64,000 bases of DNA from Oculina patagonica. Its lineage: Eukaryota. The DNA lies in the NCBI RefSeq assembly GCF_052425735.1, contig NC_135766.1:27714001-27778000 (forward strand), given 5' to 3'. Shown here piece after piece: positions 37,833-49,900 of this stretch (position 1 is its first letter; each line of letters opens with the position of its first letter). The notes beneath the pieces were generated by a model that searched no databases, had not been told where the DNA came from, and was given only the letters and a program-made list of their open reading frames with translations. A program made the position numbers and the translations under genes.

Positions 37833-40621
37833 TATAAAAGTAATAGAAAATTATAATAAAAACCTTCCCAAAATCCTTTGCAACTGAAAAATCGTCAATG
37901 CCAAATAACTTGGTCAGTTTGAAGTCAGTAGAAGTAGTACGTCGTTTAGAAATATCCCTTACCATAAAGTACTTCTTGTATAAGTCGTATGTCAATGACG
38001 TCATTACTCACGTGACTTTGCTCAGAAGTTTGTATTTGCTCACTGTGACGAAAATAGTTTGTTACTGAAAAAACAGTCATTGCAGTTTGAAGCACATTGG
38101 TGTGAGGCATTTTGGACTGCCGGGGTACCGAACAAAATATTAATATTAAGGGGGCTCTGTACAATTTTCAAAAAATGGGAGTTTGGGTACAAGTGCGTAT
38201 CTGGCGTTGCATTAAATGTGAGGAAGAAACGAATTACATGTTGGTAGATATTTATATGTTAAGTACATTTGTATAACTTTTATTGTTTTGACGTCATCAG
38301 TCACGTGACCAGAACGGACCGCAGTTTTAAATTCGCTTGAAAACTTTACCTATATCTCTCTCTTAAGATTTCTTTAAGCCAAGTTGTAGCTTTTTAAATA
38401 GTGTTTTTAAAAATGGCCATTATTACTTTTTCCTAAAAAAGGACGGCAGTAAAAAATACAACTGAAAAGTTTGTTGGCTTTCTTCTCAACGACCATTTGC
38501 GTTAGGAATAAAATAAAATTTTGCCAAAGGAAGGAGTGTATGCTCTTTATGATATCGTTGTCAATTTCTTCTCATTTCAATTGGTTTTGGCGAGGTTGAA
38601 CGTTATTTCTTTCAGACGAAAGGAGTGGGCCTGGGGAGAAGTTAAATAGCTGCCTCTCCCCCTCCCCCCTGCTGGGGGTCATCCCAGCGGATTCCCCGCG
38701 GACCCTATTGTGGGCTCATGTTATTTTCAAAATGGCGACTCTGCGGTCGACTCTGCAAGTTATAGAGGACAGTTTTGTCGATGTTTTTCTTCTTGACGCG
38801 ATCACAACGAGTCCCCAAACGTAGGGTACACCTTCTTCATTTGTATTCCCGATAAAGAAGAATATGGAATGAGTAGAAACGTGGGTAACAGAAACTTAAA
38901 GGTGAGCATTTCTCATTGAACAATGATTTTTTTAGATTGGTAAAAGCTGATGTCTTCGACGTTTCTCATGATTATCAATTTAGCTTACTGGAATTAAAGC
39001 CGGGCTAGGCGTAATTAAAAAGAATAGATAGTGAGATTAGAACGAGGCGACAGTCATTTCGTCGAGGCATGCACCTGTTGTCGTCATCTGAATTTTAAGC
39101 TACTGTTTTTCAAATTAATAAGAATTGCATCCTTTCATTATTTATACGTGCGGAAATGTTTCTCAAAATATTGAACAAGTGGCCATTCTAGGCTGCAAAG
39201 AAAAATTAAGTCAGGAAAATTTGATGTGGTCCCTTTGAAATTGGAAGAAACATTTCAGCTCAGTGTGATCTCTATTTTTTAAGTTAGACTACAGACTTCT
39301 TGCAGTTAACCTGGTAGCTAATCTAGACTTCAATTAAACAGTGCTACTCACGTTTTGGAATGCCTCTTTGGGCAAGTTTAATATCTGAGACCATTTCTTA
39401 ACTTAATATTTGTTCTTCCCATGATGTTTTATTGTATATATATATATATATTACCTTTCCTTTGCATTTTGTGGTCTACAGGTAATTTTTAGGACTAATA
39501 AAATGCCCAATGTTTTGACAGAACATTTTGGGTTACTGTTCAGTAGGTGAAACTATGGATTGTAACAAGTTTACTACAGGTAGTTGTTGATCTCTTAGTT
39601 TTACACATATTAATGTGACAGTCAATTCTAGCAATTCCCTTTCAGTTCTCTCTACACACATTCATTACCTGAGGCATTTAGGATCTGCTTTTTGGCCAGA
39701 CATTTGTCTACTTTATAAAAAATCTGTTTGACATTTTTAAGGCCTGTATTTTCAGTTGTTGGATAACCTTCAGTAGCAATATAAAAATGTGTCAGGCCTT
39801 AAACTTAAGCAAGCCAGAAAACCCTAATCCCAATATAAAGCTAGCAAGCAGCATGATGTATCCTTTGGCAACCAAAGTGCTTTTAAGGCTAACCAGAGTA
39901 CTATGTAGGCTAACCGGAATCCTATGTAGGCTAACTGGAATGGCTTGCATGGCTTGCATGGCTCGCAAAATTGTTTCATGACACATAAGTGCCATCCAAG
40001 TTAGAAATACCTAACTTAAATAAAATTAATATCATAACCTCAAGCCACCTCAGCTAACTATACTCAGGCTAACTGGAGTACTGCTCAGGATAACCAGGGA
40101 GCTTTTTAGGCTAACCTGATGTCCTACGTGTTTATACTGGAATGGCTTTTTTTTAATACATGACATTTTTCTGCAATACTTTATGAAAGGAGGTGTGCAA
40201 AGAAAATTGATTTCTTCTTTTCATGATCCAGGAAGACTGGGCAAAGTAAAACCATTACATATAAGCTTAACCAAAGTCCCATGTCCATAAATGTCATTTG
40301 GCTATCTAGCAAGTGGAAAAAAATATTGCACCCACTAGCCCAACATAAAAGCAGCCAGGTTTTTTCACACACTGAAAAAGGCCATTTAATTTTAATATAC
40401 AGTCTGCATGCTGGAAAATAGCAATTTCATAAAAAAAATAGTTTTTTGTTTGTTTTGTTTCTATTTACAGGTGACTTGAAAACTTTGGAAGGGCATTCCT
40501 GTAAGTCAAAATGAACTCAAAAATACACACTTTGTCAATGTAATAAAATTGTCACATGATTGATTCCCACAAGTTGCCAGTTTAAACTTGAATATACTTT
40601 AGTGACATTTATGGCTCTTTA

Positions 40622-41365
40622 GGGACCGGTCATTATTTATGTAGAGGGGGGGGGGGAGGGAAATAAGAAGGGGGGTCAAGGCTATTTCAGAGTGGCAAGA
40701 GGGGGGGGGGGCTAGAAATTTTTATAAAGAAATTTAGGCGGGGACCAGCAGTTTGAGGTGGGTAAAACAGTTACATAGAAGAGTGCAAACACAGTGATGC
40801 TAAATTGTACAATTTTATGCTATTTCTATTGTTTAGTGATTTGTATTTTACAGAAATACTGTTGCACTCTAAACTCCATTGTTATCTCAAATTTTAGTTA
40901 AATAAAGAATCCAGACCTATCTGCTTTAATATCTTGTTTAACTGAAATTATTTCTTTTTACAAAATGATTATCACTGCAATAGCCCAAGAAGTAATAAAA
41001 CATGATATAACAACAAGAAAGTAGTTCTTTTACACTTTAGGAAAATCATTGGAAAAGAATTATATTTTGATGGTTATTACATTTGTGTTCACCATGAGAG
41101 CATAATTTGTAAAAACTATCACTTTTCCAAAGTTAAGGAGTTAATAATTGAGGTATGTTTACTATACACGTAACTCATCCAAAATTTGCCCTATTGCTGG
41201 AATAGTATCCATAGCAAAGAAACCTTGGCTGACTAAGTGTTCTGATTGTGCATCAGAACAAGGTACTAACTACTAACATGGCCTGGAGGGGGGCCCTTAC
41301 AGAAATTTTGATCTTTCCAACATATTCTCCCCTCCCCCCCCTCTACATAAATAATGACTGGTCCC
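40622..41365. mobile_element. PIF/Harbinger MITE
   Basis: TTA|GGGACCGGTCATTATTTATGTAGAGGGG ... CCCCTCTACATAAATAATGACTGGTCCC|TTA. Confidence 0.8.
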
Positions 41366-41925
41366 TTATATAATATGAACATCACAGAACCCAATAAGGC
41401 TACATGTAAATACTGACAATTACATGTAAGTTTTAAAACCATTCTGAGGTTTATGACAAAAAATTTTTGTTTCAATAAAAACATGCAAATTAAATAATAA
41501 AATAGAATAGAGAATTTACGTTACTATTATGGCAGACCATAAATGTTACTCCAGGTTAATGTGTTCAGTTAATGTGTCAAGTTTTTTGCAGCACAGGCTT
41601 GGTTCCACAGGGAGTCGTTTCAAAAAATATCCATACATGTACCTCCCCCAAAGATAGTTCTTTGGTTTGGACCCTCCCACCCCCTGGGATTTCCAGTTTA
41701 GCTTCATACTTTCTTTCAAACTATTGAGACCCCCATCCCCCTGGGAATTCCCAATGACCATCCTTGGGGTGGGTATGGATATTTTCTGGAACTGCAGAAT
41801 GTAGGCATTTGCTTATAAAAGTTAGCTGCAGATTAACCTGATTGATACACACTAATCTATTTTCACATTTAAACCTGTTTTCTATGGGATACATAATTAT
41901 ATATTGCTTTTACCGGTTTCACTTG

Positions 41926-41936
41926 TAATAATGATA

Positions 41937-42015
<79 letters not shown>
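41926..42015. repeat. (ATA)n/(ATGATA)n microsatellite
   Basis: Direct reading. Confidence 0.95.
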
Positions 42016-42016
<1 letters not shown>

Positions 42017-42313
42017 TAAAACATATTTATACAGGATGACCGTTTCAGTTATAAAAACTGCTATCAACATAAGTCCTGTGTTAAAAAATTACAACGAGCA
42101 GGTCCAGTTTCTTATATTACATGTAGATGGCTGTCATACAGATTTTAAGCAGCCATCACATTGAAGTAATATCATTGATAGCATTTTGCTCTGTACCCAA
42201 ATGTAACCTAACACAGACATCTTCACCTGAAACATCTAAATTAAGCCATAACAGGTGTTATGGGTTAAGGCGTTGATGACAGCCCGGGAGGTTACAACAA
42301 AGATTGTGACATA

Positions 42314-42805
42314 CAGTCAAAGCTCTCGTAAGCGGACACCCTCGGGACAGGAAAAATGTGTCCGTAACTGGAGCTGGCCACTTACGAGAATGGTTCTCAT
42401 AAGCGGCCACTAGAGGTGTAGGGGATGGATGGCCGCTTACAGGAGCTTGCCCAGCTAACAATTAGCGGACACACTTGGATGACGACAAAACAAACACAGA
42501 AATATTGTACTGTAATTACTGTAAAATCATTGTGATGAACGGTGATGTGAAGCCGATTGATAAAAACAAGATACAGAGGTTTTTATAAGATTTTCTTTGG
42601 GGTGTCCGCTAATTCAGGAGCTTCAAACCAAAGAAAAAGTCTAAATCGTAATCTGTGAAAGTGTCCGCGGCCACTTACGGGAATGTCCGCTTATGAGAAT
42701 GTAAAAATACAGAGTTTGTATGGGAGTTAAAACGGGGTGTCAAACAAGGCAGCCGTAAGTAGAGCTGTCCGCTTACAAGAGTGTCCGTTAAGAGAGCTTC
42801 GACCG
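42314..42805. mobile_element. Tc1/mariner-type MITE
   Basis: TA|CAGTCAAAGCTCTCGTAAGCGGACAC ... GTGTCCGTTAAGAGAGCTTCGACCG|TA. Internal GTGTCCGC/CCGCTTAC repeats. Confidence 0.7.
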
Positions 42806-43085
42806 TACTAATGGCATGAAGGTACAATAATTATCGTAGACGTTGGCATTTATCAAGTTGTGATGAAGGTAAGGGGTTGATATAACCTGGTATGCTGTTA
42901 ATAATAAAAAATGTCTTTCTTTGGTATAGAATTATCAAAACTTTGCCATAGATGTACCTTCAGCATGGGATTCATGGTATAAAACCTGACTGTCATTACA
43001 GGGACATGACCTTGAAAAAGCTGTTTTTAACAATTTTCAGAACTACATTTATCAAGTAGGTACCTAGTTGAGAAAAGCTAATAAT

Positions 43086-43319
43086 GAGGCCCTGCCAGGG
43101 AAAATTCCGACAAGCGACATGGCCCAAAAAGTATAGCGACAGCACATGAAATAAAATCGCGACAAATGGCAACCCTTGTGGAAAAACTTAGATTCCGACA
43201 AGGACAAGTAATTTCCCTTCAATTTCACTACCGACAGCGACGTGAAGTTTGATAAAACAGCGACACGGCGCATTTTTAAATTTAGACAAGCAATACGGGT
43301 ACCCCCCTGGCAGGGCCTC
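43086..43319. mobile_element. Unclassified MITE
   Basis: 15-bp TIR GAGGCCCTGCCAGGG. AATAAT on both flanks. Internal GCGACA repeats. Confidence 0.7.
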
Positions 43320-43351
43320 AATAATGAGGCAGAAAAGTTTAGCTAACATAC

Positions 43352-44609
43352 CATTTAAGCTTTCCACTAAATCCTGAATCATCTGTTTAAATCTCTCACA
43401 TTCATTGCTCCAAGAGTAAGTTTTATTGTAGTTCTCTCTGAGCAGCTTGGCATTGTATTCTCTGTCTTGTGGACTTTGATTGGACAGTTGCTGGATCCTC
43501 TGTGCCCACTCGTTAGCATCATCTGATTCAACAATAACAGACTTTCCACCGTCTACTTCTTCTAAAGCTTCAGCTATTCCAGATTCACCAGCAACAAGAA
43601 CAGGAATACCAGCAGAAATGGCTTCCAGGGCAACCAACCCAAACCCTTCTGTGCGTGAAGGTAGCGCAACCATGTCTGACTCAAAAAACATCAGCTTAAG
43701 TTCATTTTGTTCATTACAATAACTACGGATTGTTAATTGGTTGCGGTTTATGCGTGTGTTGTCAAGAAACCATTGTTCAATTTTTCGGTGTTCACCAGGA
43801 GATGAGCCAACAAATGTCAGCTCAAACATCTTGTCAAGGGATCCAATGGCGTTTGCAACAATATCATAACCTTTAAGAGTACGATCTTCAAAGGTAGCTC
43901 GACCAAACAGAAAGACATTAAATTTCTTTACGTCTACTGATCTGTCTTTCACCAGCTGTGATGATTCAATGTAAAACTTTTCAATAATCCCAGGAGTGAT
44001 GATCTCTACCTTAACATTTGGGAGACTTCTGCTGTACTTCTGTTGTAGTCGTGAACCCACAGCAACAACTAAATCTGCTGCTTTACACAGTTCAATTTCA
44101 CGTTTATGTTTCTTCTCATTCTCTTCGATTGTATCGAGTGAAGCACTTTGTGTTACTTTGTACTTTCCAAGGTCTTCACAAAATACATGAACAAAATGCA
44201 CCCACTTGCACTTTGAAGCTTTGACAATGCAATAGGCAGGAGTCCCAAATTTCCTTCCATGACCGATCACAATGTCAGGATTTGGAAGTTCCGGTGGTGG
44301 AATTTGCAACCAATCTATTGGATCGGTTGATCCGGGAATATTTCGAGCAGTGATTAAATTCACTCCATGTTGTCTGGCGTCTTCTCTACCCAGCTCATCG
44401 CTTTGCGAGACGTAACAGTGAACTTTGATGCTGCTTTCACTCGTTGCTTTTGCCAGATTAATAGTAAATTCTCTATTGAAAGTGGATAGACCACCCTTTG
44501 AAGACTTCCACTCATCGCAGAGAAACATGACATCGATATGCTCGGGATTTTTCTGTCCCTCGATGTTAATACTTGCTGCATTCGAACTTTCAGTTTGCTT
44601 GCACGCCAT
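43352..44609 (-). CDS. GT-B fold family 4 glycosyltransferase (Glycos_transf_1, MshA-like) exon of the coral immune-associated type
   Basis: EWKSSKGGLSTFNRE, E.ELCKAADLVVAVG, FGR..FED.LKGYD and PSRTEGFGLVALEAISAGIPVLV (EX7E). Ends at a phase-1 donor AATG|gtatgt. The ORF tail beyond 43352 is intron/MITE read-through. Confidence 0.9.
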
Positions 44610-45038
44610 AACGCGCTTTTCTTCATTAGTAAATGAATCCTACTCTGTTGAAGAGTAGCTTATTCGTACATTTTAGAGCAACATGAACATCTAACTATTA
44701 TTTTGTTGATTCATTCGCGGAAGTCCTGTGAGAGGCTGAGAAAACCTCGTCCCCAGGGTCTACTCCACTTTTACGCTGGCGAAACGCACGTTCTTGGGTA
44801 TAAAAGCATCCATGTTAGATCCACCAAGCGTCCCGAAGGCCGCCGGGCCGCGGGCCTGCTTTTAGCAAAACCCCCGATACAACGGGTGTGCAAATGAAAC
44901 GATGCCGAACAAATTGTCCTCAAACATGGATGGCGGAAGTTTAACTGCATGGGAATATTTCATAAGAGCCGAGAAACGGTATAAGAAAAAACCGACCATT
45001 TAGCTGACTTTTTAGTCTGTTTATGACTTATCCGATAG

Positions 45039-45449
45039 TATCGGCGTACGGCCCGGGAGGCGGGGGGGGGGGGGGGGGGGGGTGCTGCAGCCCCCCCAAA
45101 TTTTGGGCACCTCAGATTTTTTGGGCAGCAAAGGAAAATTTGGGCAAAGCCAGTTTTTAAGAATAGTATTGTAACGTCCATTTAACCTAAAGCCAGTTAA
45201 CTAAATTCACATGAGGCAGACATCTTCGGCCGTCAAAATGGTAGAGACAGCTATTTCTTTTAAGTTTTATGAGCTGATTTGATAGATTCTTATGTAACAA
45301 TTTTTCACTTCATTTGTAAGCCTATGTTAGTGCATCGTATGAGCCTTATTTCTTCTTGTCTGTTTCGTAAAAATTTAGGCAACTTGCGAGAATTTTTTGG
45401 GCAAATTTCTCACCGCCCCCCATGGCAAAAATTTGTCCGTACGCCTATG
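45039..45449. mobile_element. MITE with 7-8 bp TSD (hAT/P-like)
   Basis: TATCGGCGTACGG ... CCGTACGCCTATG. Flanks TCCGATAG / TCCGATAC. Confidence 0.65.
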
Positions 45450-45511
45450 TCCGATACAATGAATGCATGATTACTTCTGAGTTTCCAAGAGGTCACCGAG
45501 CTTGACTAGGA

Positions 45512-45606
45512 TTCTTGGAAAGCCCGGATGTCTTTCTCAGAAACAAACAATATGGTGTAAACAGTGAAAATGGGACTTTCCCCGATATCAGGTTGCGAAA
45601 GTGAAA
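45512..45606. promoter_or_regulatory. Clustered STAT (GAS x2), NF-kB and IRF/ISRE motifs in the divergent intergenic region
   Basis: TTCTTGGAA 45512-45520; TTCTCAGAA 45534-45542; GGGACTTTCC 45572-45581; GAAAGTGAAA 45597-45606. Confidence 0.6.
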
Positions 45607-46422
45607 ATGCCGGACTGACTTTCGTATTAAACAGAGTCATACAGAGACAACGCGGTTGAAGTTGGACAAGAAAGAGCTAGTAAACAAATCCATAAGCTGT
45701 GTTGTCTTTGTACAGACTCATGGGAGCCAACAGTAGCAGGTTAGAACGACGATTTTGCTGGCTTATTTTGCTTTCAATGTAACATTTATCAGTTTATGCG
45801 TATGATTTTAAATGGCTGCGTCAATTCATTTGGGGATATGGTAAAAAGGCAAAATTTACCTAAACTTTTACTATAATTCACTACAAAGAAGGAGCACTTT
45901 TATTTTCGCACTATTACATGGCATGGATATTGAAAATAAAGCATAATTGTTCCACGAACACAGTGTTACAATCATTTCCTCGTTTGTCTTTAATCTTGGT
46001 TTCCCGAACTTTCGATCTCTCGAACCGTTTCGATAATTCGAACCAAACATGTTTTCCCATGGATTTGCCTCAACAATTCGGACACAGCAATTTTAATCCT
46101 GATTTGCCGAACCAATTTTCGTTAATTAGCCTTGGAGGTTGTCGAGAAATCGGGATATCGATTCCACTGTTGTTGATTGTGGAGTGATGCAAAGCTAAGT
46201 AATGCAAAGCACTCTCTCATGTTTACAACTTAAAAATCAGACAAGATTCTGAAACTCAATGATCCTTTTAATACAACACTGACCACGAGGGTTGAAAATG
46301 TTCAGTGTCACGCTCTGCTATCATTTCATTTGTCATGTTTTTCGCGCTCGGAGCAGTCACAGGCACCTCGACTAAGGCCTGAGTTCCATGTACTATTGAA
46401 TGGATGTGCTTCGGTGGTTTCA

Positions 46423-46490
46423 TAGCCTGCGTAGCTGGCGGTATTGTTTTTTGTTGGGTTACCCAACAATACCGCCAGCTACGCAGGCTA
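46423..46490. mobile_element. 68-bp palindromic MITE, TAG termini, 9-bp TSD (Academ-like)
   Basis: TAGCCTGCGTAGCTGGCGGTATTGTT ... AACAATACCGCCAGCTACGCAGGCTA. TSD GTGGTTTCA (46414-46422, 46491-46499). Confidence 0.75.
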
Positions 46491-46994
46491 GTGGTTTCAG
46501 TGAATGTTTGGAGTCTGATTGATATGTAAAATATAACCCAGTATCAAAACAAACAGCAACAAATAAACATACCAGCTTATAATCTTTCATGGGTCGTAGC
46601 AAAACGAAACAGCTTATGGACTCTGGGAATTTTGAATCGAGTGATGGACAAAATGAAAATCGAATACTCGAACGATTTTAGTAAGTCGTGCTTTTTTTCT
46701 CGGTGCCTTTAGCTTTAAAAATCATAGAAGTTTCTTGTTGTTATATATTTGTTACTTCCGGTGTACTCAAGACAATCGAAATTGAAAGTAATTTCAATTC
46801 AATTTCAATTATTTCAATTTCTTTTTATGGACCCTAACTAACAATCATCTCTATTTAGGTCCCAAGGGGTTTAACTCGCTGAAACCGAATTCGCACAATT
46901 GAAAGTGTTGGATTATCGATTTGAACGTTGGGATATTGTCGCCCTGGCCGTTTTAAGTTTGTAAACTAATCTGGCTTTTTCTTTTTTCTTGCAG

Positions 46995-49900
46995 TAACGC
47001 TCGCAAGAGTGGTGACAAGAACCCTTTACTACGCAATGATGAAGGTGAGTGCATTTTCTATGTAGCGTTAAAAATAAACAAATATCTTGTTTAGTTTCCA
47101 TTTTCCTTCGACCCTAATAGAATATTAAAGATAAATAATTTAACAAATGGTGAAAGGAATAAAAATTGGCACCAATGGTCACCTCAACCATAAATAGTTG
47201 ATTCATTACACAAAACATTAATTCTGGAAATACAATACTTTCCGGCCTCATTTAAAACCACATAATGTGCTTCTTTCATCTAGAAAATGTACTTATCCTG
47301 TGATGTAGCGTCTTCGCCAAAATGGAAAGTGATAATTGTTTTGAAATTAAATGTTTGATATAAATTATAGGTCAGTAAAAATTGATTAACTCTACCCAAA
47401 ATATTCACGGTTTTATGTTCATAGATAAAACCACCAAGGAGCAAAATAAGAACACACTCTCGGAACAAAAAGAGACAGAGACGCAGCTTTGCCAGCCGAG
47501 TAAAGATAAACCCAAAGTGGAAAAAGACATTTGCAGGAAATTTGAAGAGAACGACTTACAAGACGGTGCACAAGCTTCTGAGATAAAAACTATTGCCAGT
47601 TCTGATGCAACTGAAAAGCTACAATTGGATATATCCGATTCTATATATTGGACATATCCTAAATTGCATAATTCAGGAACCCCCAGTGCGACAACCAAGA
47701 GTTCAATGGATCATGGTTTAGATGATATCGTTAAAGAGAACGACGTAATCGTTTCTTTTCCTAGTACTACGTCAGTAGAGTCTAAAGACATATCACATTA
47801 CGTCGCAGATGAACACGAATATAAAAAAAATGACGACTGTGGTGGCATTGGACATGCTTATAGGCAAAGTGCTAGCGACCTTGTAAGCGATGGCAGTGGT
47901 TGCATTAGGCATGCTGATTGTAAAGGTCCTGCTGACCTTGGTGGCGATGACAGTGGGACCAGTGGTCATGAAAGCCAGAAAGAGGCCTGTGACGGTTTAG
48001 ACGACGACAGTGGTAGCACTAGTCTTGTTGACGGCCAAGGTGTTTCTGACCGGGATGGCAATGACAGTGGTAGCACTCGATCTGCTAAAGGTAAAGGAAC
48101 TTGTAGTCTTAGTGTACTTGACAGTGGTAGAACTGCACATGCTTATAGTAAAACTACTTGTGACGGTATTGACGATTGTAGTGGCAGCATTCCATCAACA
48201 AATGGGCAAGTTTTTAGTGACCGTCGTAGCCTCAGCACTGGTAAAACTGCGCCAGCTAATGGTAAAATTGATTTTACCAGTGTTGGCGATGGCAGTGAAA
48301 CCAGTGGACCAACCACTGATCATAAACATGCTTCCAGCTGTGGTGGCGATGGCAGTGGTGGTATCGGACTTGTTATTGGTCAAGATAACAATGACCCTTT
48401 TGCCAATGCAATTGGTGACATTTGTCTTGATGGTGATAAAGATGCTTGTGATCATGTTGACGATGACTGTGGAACTAGTGAACTCATAGATGATAAAGAT
48501 CCTTCTGTCCGTAGTGGCGCCAGACTTGTCGATGTTCAATGTACTTATACTTGTGACCATGGTGGCGATATCAGTGGTAGTATAAGACATGCTGGTGGTG
48601 GAGATGCTTTGGACGGTGTTGGCAATGGAAGTGACACCAGTGGACCTGTAGACATCAAGGATGCACCTGGCTGTGGTGGCAATGGAATTCGTGACATTGG
48701 ACCTGCTGACGTTCAAGATGCTGTTGACCGTCTTGGTGATAGCGTATAACAGGAGATGTTAGTAATGACAGAAATGAGCGTGCCCGTGTTATGGCTGCCG
48801 GCCCTGCTACTGCCACAAGTGATGGAGATGCTAATGGAAGCGATATTCGTATGAGTAACAGCGTTGATATCGGTTACTATGACAATGATTGTTATGACGT
48901 GGCTTCAGACAACTACGACAGTAGTGATGACGTCAGTTGTTCATTTGAAAGAAAAGTGGAGTTAAATGATGATGACGGTGCTTGCAATAGCTACTTCAAT
49001 TACTCTGACGACACTGAAAACATTAACTGGTGCGAAGAAGAAGGAGAAGAAGAGGAAGAAGGCTATTGGAATAATGAATATGAGGGTGACAGCTACGAAG
49101 CCCAGTCGCCAGTTCCACTACCAGTATCTTTCTTACCATATTCTTGTTCTGAAGATTACGAAAAAGTAAACAGTTGGAATGGAAAAGAAGAGGACGTAGA
49201 AGAGGAAGAAGGGGAACAGCTAGAACAAGAAGGAGACTATTGGGATGAGGAGTATGAGGGTGACAGCTACACAACGCACTCTTCAGATCCAGCAGCAGGA
49301 CCACTCTTACCATTATCTTCCAGTAAAGATTACGAAAGAGTAAACAGTTGGAATGAAGAAGAAGAAGAAGAAGAAGAAGAAGAAGAAGAAAAAGAAGAAG
49401 AAGAAGAAGAGGAGGAGGAGGAGGAGGAGGAGGAGGAGGAAGGAGAAGAGGAAGGAGACTATTGGTATGACGAGTATGAGGATGGCAGCTACAAAACGCA
49501 GTCGTCAGGTCCAGTAGCAGGACCACAGTTACCATTATCTTCCAGTGAAGATTACAAAAGAGTAAACAGTTGGAATGAAGAAGAAGAAGAAGAAGAAGAA
49601 GAAGAAGAAGAAGAAGAAGATGAAGAAGAGGTTGAGGAGGAGGACGTAGAAGAGGAAGAGGAAGGAGACTATTGGAATGACGAGTATGAGGATGGCAGCT
49701 ACTTGGACGAAAGTGGCGTTCATGTAGGCATTTTTTTCAATGTACATGGCACGAAGAAATCACAAACTGGTTCAAAGACACGTACAAGAACAACTGCTAC
49801 TAAAACGTTGGATGGAAATGTATTCTTGGTCAGCGGACTAAGCGAGAGAACTACAGAGGACGGATTACTGAACTTCATTGAGGTGGTAAGTGGTGGAGAA

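Noticed and set aside
43352-44609. Bacterial contamination or recent horizontal transfer of mshA
   Set aside because: It has a spliceosomal donor, host-like composition, host MITE flanks and motifs of the expanded coral GT4 family.
48010-49747. Overlapping alternative-frame and antisense ORFs (poly-L/P/F)
   Set aside because: Shadows of the repetitive coding sequence.
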